From positions 19,530,001 through 19,594,000 of the forward strand of contig OZ024740.1 in the NCBI GenBank assembly GCA_964016885.1: a stretch of 64,000 nucleotides of DNA, given 5' to 3'. Every line of letters begins with the position of its first letter. Position 1 is the stretch's first letter. Shown here in pieces: positions 55,438-64,000 of the stretch. A program made the translations under genes and the position numbers. The DNA comes from Eledone cirrhosa (Eukaryota). The notes beneath the pieces were generated by a model. The model did not search any database and had not been told where the DNA came from. It worked only from the letters and a program-made list of their open reading frames with translations.

Positions 55438-56414
55438 TCGATTCGTTTGCAAGCAAACAGCCTCATTACGCTATGTGTTATAGACGACCATCACATCCTT
55501 TTGTTCTAGCAGTGACAGACAGAAACAATATTCATATTTGGATTTAATAAAATAACACTAAAATTTTCCTCAAATCACTCCCGACCGCCATGACACATTA
55601 GATAGTATACCCCGAGCTTCACAATTCCTAGAAAAAGGTGGAATAACTATGACTTTAATACTTTTTAATAATAGGTCTGTTCGTTCAGAACTGAGCTGGG
55701 GGTTGTGGTGGGTGGGGGAGTTGGGCTAAACAAGAACAGCAACAGCTCCTTATTATAATGACGTTCACATTTGCCCTTGAGAAAGGACACAACATTCAAG
55801 AACCCTTCTATATTTACCATGCCCCCTCTTCCCTCCTCTGTACCCCTGTACATCTGATATGTGATGTAAAATATCATTATTCTGAGGAGGTTTTTTTAAG
55901 GGGTTGGGAGTATTTTCTGGGGTTTTTCTTTTTGTAATCTAAAAATTCCATTTGTACAAGGGTCTATTTTTACCTGACAAGCGAAGGAACATATGGGAAT
56001 ACGAAATACAGAAATGGCGTCTAAAAGTCATAATAGCGTTAAAATGATTATGTCAGCTAGGGGGCGGTAGAAGGAACCTCTGCTAGGGGGCGGGAAGAAG
56101 AAGGGCTCACCTACTGATTTTCTGGAGGGGAACCTACACTTCGTCTGTCTTTTGTTTTATATTTTCCTTTTGTTTTTCTTCTTTCGTTCTTTTGGGGTTT
56201 TTTTTCTTTATGTTCTTTGTTAATAGTTGTTGTTGTTGCTGTTGTTATTATCACTATTAATGTTGCTATTGTCGTCGTTATCTTTGTTGTTGTTCTGGTT
56301 ATTGTTGTTGTTGTGGTTGCTGTTGTTCTTACTATTAGCGTCGTTGTTATTGTTGCTGTTGTTGTTGTTGTTGTTGTTACTATTAGTGTTGTTGTAGCTG
56401 TTGTAGTTGTTGTT

Positions 56415-57620
56415 GTTACTATTAGTGTTGTGTTATTTCTCCCCGGTATTAAATACATATGTTGTTGTTGTTGTTGTTACTATTAGTGTTGTGTTATTTC
56501 TCCCCGGTATTAAATACATATGTTGTTGTTGTTGTTGTTGTTACTATTAGTGTTGTGTTATTTCTCCCCGGTATTAAATACATATGTTGTTGTTGTTATT
56601 ATAACTATCAGTGTTGTTGTTGTTATTGTTGCTCATGTTGTTGTTGTTACTATTAGTGTTGTTGTAGCTGTTGTAGTTGTTGTTGTTACTATTAGTGTTG
56701 TGTTATTTCTCCCCGGTATTAAATACATATGTTGTTGTTGTTGTTGTTACTATTAGTGTTGTGTTATTTCTCCCCGGTATTAAATACATATGTTGTAGTT
56801 GTTGTTGTTGTTGTTACTATTAGCGTTGTGTTATTTCTCCCCGGTATTAAATACATATGTTGTAGTTGTTGTTGTTGTTGTTACTATTAGCGTTGTGTTA
56901 TTTCTCCCCGGTATTAAATACATATGTTGTAGTTGTTGTTGTTGTTGTTACTATTAGCGTTGTGTTATTTCTCCCCGGTATTAAATACATATGTTGTAGT
57001 TGTTGTTGTTGTTGTTACTATTAGCGTTGTGTTATTTCTCCCCGGTATTAAATACATATGTTGTAGTTGTTGTTGTTGTTGTTACTATTAGCGTTGTGTT
57101 ATTTCTCCCCGGTATTAAATACATATGTTGTAGTTGTTGTTGTTGTTGTTACTATTAGCGTTGTGTTATTTCTCCCCGGTATTAAATACATATGTTGTAG
57201 TTGTTGTTGTTGTTGTTACTATTAGCGTTGTGTTATTTCTCCCCGGTATTAAATACATATGTTGTTGTTGTTATTATAACTATCAGTGTTGTTGTTGTTA
57301 TTGTTGCTCATGTTGTTGTTGTTACTATTAGTGTTGTTGTAGCTGTTGTAGTTGTTGTTGTTACTATTAGTGTTGTGTTATTTCTCCCCGGTATTAAATA
57401 CATATGTTGTAGTTGTTGTTGTTGTTGTTACTATTAGCGTTGTGTTATTTCTCCCCGGTATTAAATACATATGTTGTAGTTGTTGTTGTTGTTGTTACTA
57501 TTAGCGTTGTGTTATTTCTCCCCGGTATTAAATACATATGTTGTTGTTGTAGTTGTTGTTGTTACTATTAGCGTTGTGTTATTTCTCCCCGGTATTAAAT
57601 ACATATGTTGTTGTTGTTAT
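56415..57620. repeat. Minisatellite, about 16 copies of a constant core plus variable (GTT)n, mostly 67-bp period
   Basis: GTTACTATTAGYGTTGTGTTATTTCTCCCCGGTATTAAATACATATGTTG repeated. Confidence 0.95.
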
Positions 57621-57786
57621 TATAACTATCAGTGTTGTTGTTGTTATTGTTGCTCATGTTGTTGTTGTTACTATTAGTGTTGTTGTAGCTGTTGTTGTTC
57701 TTCTTCTTCTTATTATTGGTGTTGTTGATGTTTTCTCCCAATTGAGATATTTGATATATTTTCATTTTCTTTATAATAATAATAAT

Positions 57787-57938
57787 AATTGTTTCTACTT
57801 TCGGCACAAGGCCAGCAATTATCCCAGTGTATTACTGGTACTTTATTTTATCGACCCTGTAAGGATGAAAGGCAAAGTTAACAGCGGCGGGATTTGAACT
57901 CAGACTGTAAAGGGACGTAACTATGCTGGAAAGCATGG
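57787..57938 (-). mobile_element. tRNA-derived SINE (short subfamily)
   Basis: Matches 58706-58860. Confidence 0.9.
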
Positions 57939-58029
57939 TGAAAAAGAAGAAGAAGAAGAAGAAGAAGAAGAAGAAGAAGAAGAAGGGATGTTGGTGAGGG
58001 GGAGGAGGAGGAGGAGGAGGAGTAGCCAT

Positions 58030-58150
58030 TGCTTTTACAGCTCCTTCTATAGCTGGTGCAGCTGGTGAGGTAGATGCAGTTGATGTTTCTGGTGTTCAAC
58101 TAATAGCTCGGTACTTGCAGGATGAACATGTGCAGAGCATTCTAGGGAAG
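58030..58150 (-). mobile_element. Possible decayed Penelope-like GIY-YIG N-terminal remnant
   Basis: CTCSSCKY followed by TRNINCIYLTSCT resembles the PLE Cys motif plus NxIYxIxC. Confidence 0.3.
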
Positions 58151-58705
58151 GGTGAAGTTCTGGGGTAGTAAGGACTGGCTTTTAAGGGTTTGTGGGAGAA
58201 ATGCTGGGTATATGGGACACTGACTGGGTTGAGGGGGAAAGACAGGTGGTATGAGGCTGGGTTAATAGGGATGGGGAGAATGGTAAAGGAGGAGAGGGGA
58301 GAAGAGGAGAGGGGGATGGAGCGGAGAAAGTGAGTAGAGAGAAAGAGGAAAGAGGGAGAGAGGGATAGCGAGGTGGGACAAGGGGAAATGGAGAGAGGAA
58401 AGAGAGAGGGCTGCGGGAAAAATGGAGGAGAAAGAAAATGAAGAGAGAAGTAAAGAGGTGAGAGAGAGGGAGAGAGATGAGAGAGAGAGAGGGGGAGAGA
58501 GATGAGAGAGAGAGGGAGAGAGAGGGAGAGAATGAAATAGAGAGAGAAGAGAGAGGAAGAGAGAGCGGATAAGAGAGAGTTCAGACGAGAATAGAGATCA
58601 TTGTTGTAGTGGATTAAGAGAGTTGAAATTAGCAACCGCATTTCTGTCACGTGCCTTTCTGTTTGATGTGTCAAGGGAGCTAGGAGGTATAATGTAGTCA
58701 AAGGT

Positions 58706-58898
58706 ATAATTGTTTCTACTTTAGGCACAAGGCCAGCAAATTACCCAGTGCATTACTGGTACTGTATTTTATCGACCCCGTAAGGATGAAAGGCAAAGTC
58801 AACCTCGGTGGGATTTGAACTCAGATCGTAAAGGGACGTAACTATGCTGGAAAGCATGGCGTCCGACCCTCTACCGATACTGCCAATCCACCGCCCTT
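58706..58898 (-). mobile_element. tRNA-derived SINE (short subfamily, full length)
   Basis: GGCGGTGGATTGGCAGTATCGG head to GAAACAATTAT tail; candidate TSD AAAGGTATAAT at 58700-58710 and 58909-58919. Confidence 0.9.
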
Positions 58899-58910
58899 TG
58901 TGGTAGTAAA

Positions 58911-61900
58911 AGGTATAATGTAGTCCAGGTATAATGTAGTCCAGGTATAGTGTAGTCCAGGTATAGTGTAGTCCAGGTATAATGTAGTCCAGGTATAATG
59001 TAGTCCAGGTATAATGTAGTCCAGGTATAGTGTAGTCCAGGTATAATGTAGTCCAGGTATAATGTAGTCCAGGTATAATGTAGTCCAGGTATAGTGTAGT
59101 CCAGGTATAATGTAGTCCAGGTATAATGTAGTCCAGGTATAGTGTAGTCCAGGTATAATGTAGTCCAGGTATAGTGTAGTCCAGGTATAATGTAGTCCAG
59201 GTATAATGTAGTCCAGGTATAATGTAGTCCAGGTATAGTGTAGTCCAGGTATAATGTAGTCCAGGTATAATGTAGTCCAGGTATAATGTAGTCCAGGTAT
59301 AGTGTAGTCCAGGTATAATGTAGTCCAGGTATAATGTAGTCCAGGTATAGTGTAGTCCAGGTATAATGTAGTCCAGGTATAGTGTAGTCCAGGTATAATG
59401 TAGTCCAGGTATAATGTAGTCCAGGTATAATGTAGTCCAGGTATAGTGTAGTCCAGGTATAATGTAGTCCAGGTATAATGTAGTCCAGGTATAATGTAGT
59501 CCAGGTATAGTGTAGTCCAGGTATAATGTAGTCCAGGTATAATGTAGTCCAGGTATAGTGTAGTCCAGGTATAATGTAGTCCAGGTATAGTGTAGTCCAG
59601 GTATAATGTAGTCCAGGTATAATGTAGTCCAGGTATAATGTAGTCCAGGTATAGTGTAGTCCAGGTATAATGTAGTCCAGGTATAATGTAGTCCAGGTAT
59701 AATGTAGTCCAGGTATAGTGTAGTCCAGGTATAATGTAGTCCAGGTATAATGTAGTCCAGGTATAGTGTAGTCCAGGTATAATGTAGTCCAGGTATAGTG
59801 TAGTCCAGGTATAATGTAGTCCAGGTATAATGTAGTCCAGGTATAATGTAGTCCAGGTATAGTGTAGTCCAGGTATAATGTAGTCCAGGTATAGTGTAGT
59901 CCAGGTATAATGTAGTCCAGGTATAGTGTAGTCCAGGTATAATGTAGTCCAGGTATAGTGTAGTCCAGGTATAATGTAGTCCAGGTATAATGTAGTCCAG
60001 GTATAGTGTAGTCCAGGTATAATGTAGTCCAGGTATAATGTAGTCCAGGTATAGTGTAGTCCAGGTATAATGTAGTCCAGGTATAATGTAGTCCAGGTAT
60101 AATGTAGTCCAGGTATAGTGTAGTCCAGGTATAATGTAGTCCAGGTATAATGTAGTCCAGGTATAATGTAGTCCAGGTATAGTGTAGTCCAGGTATAATG
60201 TAGTCCAGGTATAATGTAGTCCAGGTATAGTGTAGTCCGGGTATAACGTAGTCCAGGTATGGTGTAGTCCAGGTATAATGTAGTCCAGGTATAATGTAGT
60301 CCAGGTATAATGTAGTCCAGGTATAGTGTAGTCCAGGTATAATGTAGTCCAGGTATAGTGTAGTCCAGGTATAATGTAGTCCAGGTATAGTGTAGTCCAG
60401 GTATAATGTAGTCCAGGTATAGTGTAGTCCAGGTATAATGTAGTCCAGGTATAATGTAGTCCAGGTATAGTGTATTCCAGGTATAATGTAGTCCAGGTAT
60501 AATGTAGTCCAGGTATAGTGTAGTCCAGGTATAATGTAGTCCAGGTATAATGTAGTCCAGGTATAATGTAGTCCAGGTATAGTGTAGTCCAGGTATAATG
60601 TAGTCCAGGTATAATGTAGTCCAGGTATAATGTAGTCCAGGTATAGTGTAGTCCAGGTATAATGTAGTCCAGGTATAGTGTAGTCCAGGTATAATGTAGT
60701 CCAGGTATAGTGTAGTCCAGGTATAATGTAGTCCAGGTATAGTGTAGTCCAGGTATAATGTAGTCCAGGTATAATGTAGTCCAGGTATAGTGTAGTCCAG
60801 GTATAATGTAGTCCAGGTATAATGTAGTCCAGGTATAGTGTAGTCCAGGTATAATGTAGTCCGGGTATAATGTAGTCCAGGTATAATGTAGTCCAGGTAT
60901 AGTGTAGTCCAGGTATAATGTAGTCCAGGTATAGTGTAGTCCAGGTATAATGTAGTCCAGGTATAGTGTAGTCCAGGTATAATGTAGTCCAGGTATAATG
61001 TAGTCCAGGTATAGTGTAGTCCAGGTATAATGTAGTCCAGGTATAATGTAGTCCAGGTATAGTGTAGCCAAGGTATAGTGTAGCCAAGGTATAGTGTAGT
61101 CCAGGTATAGTGTAGTCCAGGTATAATGTAGTCCAGGTATAGTGTAGTACAGGTATAGTGTAGTCCAGGTATAATGTAGTCCAGGTATAATGTAGTCCAG
61201 GTATAGTGTAGTCCAGGTATAGTGTAGTACAGGTATAATGTAGTCCAGGTATAGTGTAGTCCAGGTATAGTGTAGTACAGGTATAGTGTAGTCCAGGTAT
61301 AATGTAGTCCAGGTATAATGTAGTCCAGGTATAATGTAGTCCAGGTATAATGTAGTCCAGCTATAGTGTAGTACAGGTATAATGTAGTCCAGGTATAGTG
61401 TAGTCCAGGTATAGTGTAGTCCAGGTATAGTGTAGTACAGGTATAGTTTAGTCCAGGTATAGTGTAATCCAGGTATAATGTAGTCCAGGTATAATGTAGC
61501 CAAGGTATAGTGTAGTCCAGGTATAGTGTAGTACAGGTATAATGTAGTCCAGGTATAATGTAGTCCAGGTATAATGTAGTCCAGGTATAATGTAGTCCAG
61601 CTATAATGTAGTCCAGGTATAATGTAGTACAGGTATAATGTAGTCCAGGTATAATGTAGTCCAGGTATAATGTAGTCCAGGTATAGTGTAGACCAGGTAT
61701 AATGTAGTCCAGCTATAGTGTAGTACAGGTATAATGTAGTACAGGTATAGTTTAGTCCAGGTATAGTGTAGTCCAGGTATAGTGTAGTACAGGTATAGTT
61801 TAGTCCAGGTATAGTGTAGTCCAGGTATAATGTAGTCCAGGTATAATGTAGCCAAGGTATAGTGTAGTCCAGGTATAATGTAGTCCAGGTATAATGTAGT

Positions 61901-64000
61901 CCAGGTATAGTGTAGTCCAGGTATAATGTAGTCCAGGTATAGTGTAGTCCAGGTATAGTGTAGTCCAGGTATAATGTAGTCCAGGTATAATGTAGTCCAG
62001 GTATAATGTAGTCCAGCTATAGTGTAGTACAGGTATAATGTAGTCCAGGTATAGTGTAGTCCAGGTATAGTGTAGTCCAGGTATAGTGTAGTACAGGTAT
62101 AGTTTAGTCCAGGTATAGTGTAGTCCAGGTATAATGTAGTCCAGGTATAATGTAGCCAAGGTATAGTGTAGTCCAGGTATAGTGTAGTACAGGTATAATG
62201 TAGACCAGGTATAATGTACTCCTGGTATAATGTAGTCCAGGTATAATGTAGTCCAGCTATAATGTAGTCCAGGTATAATGTAGTACAGGTATAATGTAGT
62301 CCAGGTATAATGTAGTCCAGGTATAATGTAGTCCAGGTATAGTGTAGTCCAGGTATAATGTAGTCCAGCTATAGTGTAGTACAGGTATAATGTAGTACAG
62401 GTATAGTTTAGTCCAGGTATAGTATAGTCCAGGTATAGTGTAGTACAGGTATAGTTTAGTCCAGGTATAGTGTAGTCCAGGTATAATGTAGTCCAGGTAT
62501 AATGTAGCCAAGGTATAGTGTAGTCCAGGTATAATGTAGTCCAGGTATAATGTAGTCCAGGTATAGTGTAGTCCAGGTATAGTGTAGTCCAGGTATAATG
62601 TAGTCCAGGTATAATGTAGCCAAGGTATAGTGTAGTCCAGGTATAATATACTCTAGGTACAGTGTAGACCATGTATAATGTAGTCCAGCTATAATGTAGT
62701 CCAGGTATAGTCTTGTCCAGGTATAATTTACTTTAGGTATAATGTAGTCGATGTATAGTGTAGTCCAGGTATTGTGTTGTCCAGGTATAATGTACTCCAT
62801 ATACAGTGTAGTCAAGGTATAGTGTAGTCCAGGTATAGTGTACTCCAGGTATAATGTAGTCCAGTTATAGTGTAGTCCAGGTATAATGTAGTCCAGTTTT
62901 AAAGTAGTCCAGGTATAATCTAATCCAGGTAAAGTGTAGTCCAGGTATACTGTAATCCATGTAAAGTGTAGTCAAGGTATAGTGTAGTCCAGGTATAATG
63001 TAATCCAGGTAAAGTGTAGTCCTGGTACAGTGTATTCCATGTATAGTGTAGTCTAGGTATAATGTAGTCCAGCTATAATGTAGTCCAGGAATAATATAGT
63101 CCAGTTATAGTGTAGTCCAGTTATAATGTAGTCCAGGTGTAATGTAGTCCAGGTATAGTGTAGTCCAGGTATAGTGCTGACCAGGTTGAATATAGTCCAG
63201 GTATAAAGTAGTCCAGTTATAATGTAGTCCAGATATAGTGTAGACCATGCATAGTGTAGTCCAGGTATAATGTAGTCCAGGTATAGGGTAGTCCAGGTAT
63301 AGTGTAGTCCAGGTACTGTGTAGTCCAGGTATAGTGTAGTTTAGGTATAATGTAGACCAGGTATAATGTAGTCCAGGTATAGTGTAGTCCAAGTATAGGG
63401 TAGTCCAGGTATAGTGTAGTCCAGGTATAGTGTAGTCCAGGTATAATGTAATCCAGGTACTGTGTAGTCCAGGTATAGTGTAGTTTAGGTATAATGTAGA
63501 CCAGGTATAATGTAGTCCAGGTATAGTGTAGTCCAGGTATAATGTAATCCAGTTATAATGTTGTCCAGATATAGTGTAGTTCAGGTATAATGTACTCCAT
63601 GTATAGTGTAGTCCAGGTATAGTGCTGACCAGGTTGAATATAGTCCAGGTATAATGTAGTCCAGTTATAATGTAATCCAGGTACAGTGTAGTCCAGGTAT
63701 AATGTAATCCAGTTATAATGTAGTCCAGATATAGTGTAGTTCAGGTATAATGTACTCCATGTATAGTGTAGTCCAGGTATAATGTAGTTCAGGTATAATG
63801 TAGTCCAGGTATAGTGTAGACCAGGTATAGTGTAGTCCAGGTATAATGTAATCCAGGTATAGTGTAGTCAAGGTATAATGTAGTCCATGTCTAGTGCAGT
63901 CCAGGTGTAATGTAGTCCAGTTATAATGTAGTCCAGGCATAGTGTAGTCCAGGTATAGTGTAGTCCAGGCATAATGTAGTGCAGGTATAGTGTAGTACAG
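58911..64000. repeat. Satellite 2: 16-bp monomer AGGTATA(A/G)TGTAGTCC, runs off the window
   Basis: Direct reading; homogeneous to about 61 kb, increasingly diverged afterwards. Confidence 0.98.

Noticed and set aside
54900-55880. Short protein-like stretches near 54.95-55.1 kb and 55.67-55.88 kb
   Set aside because: Interrupted by stops and no recognisable motif or splice pattern
58753-63940. ORFs up to 916 aa of TLYLDYIIPGLHYTWT repeats
   Set aside because: 16-bp satellite translation artefact

Overview
Eukaryotic, extremely repeat-rich non-genic DNA, most likely from a cephalopod (Octopus-like), judged from its tRNA-derived SINE families and microsatellite load. No confident host gene, rRNA, tRNA or CRISPR is present, and nearly all ORFs in the track are simple-repeat artefacts. 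Real coding signal comes only from retrotransposons: a near full-length but disrupted Tx1/L1-clade LINE (46621-52235, -), a Tx1 3' fragment, two R4/Dong-type RLE LINE copies sitting in (GTAT)n, CRE and RTE fragments, and Penelope-like (GIY-YIG) remnants. There are also hAT MITEs, many SINEs, two large related 16/17-bp satellites (32.8-43.5 kb and 58.9-64 kb), a 6.4-kb (ACT)n-derived array with a 1601-codon stop-free Thr-rich frame, and several minisatellites. The most notable hidden structure is a set of about 8 hammerhead-ribozyme motifs (2-3 with intact cores) in the first 22 kb. Several coincide with the breakpoints of near-perfect inverted duplications, and an inverted pair has an unusually long stem II. 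All structures were read by eye and none was computed or searched.
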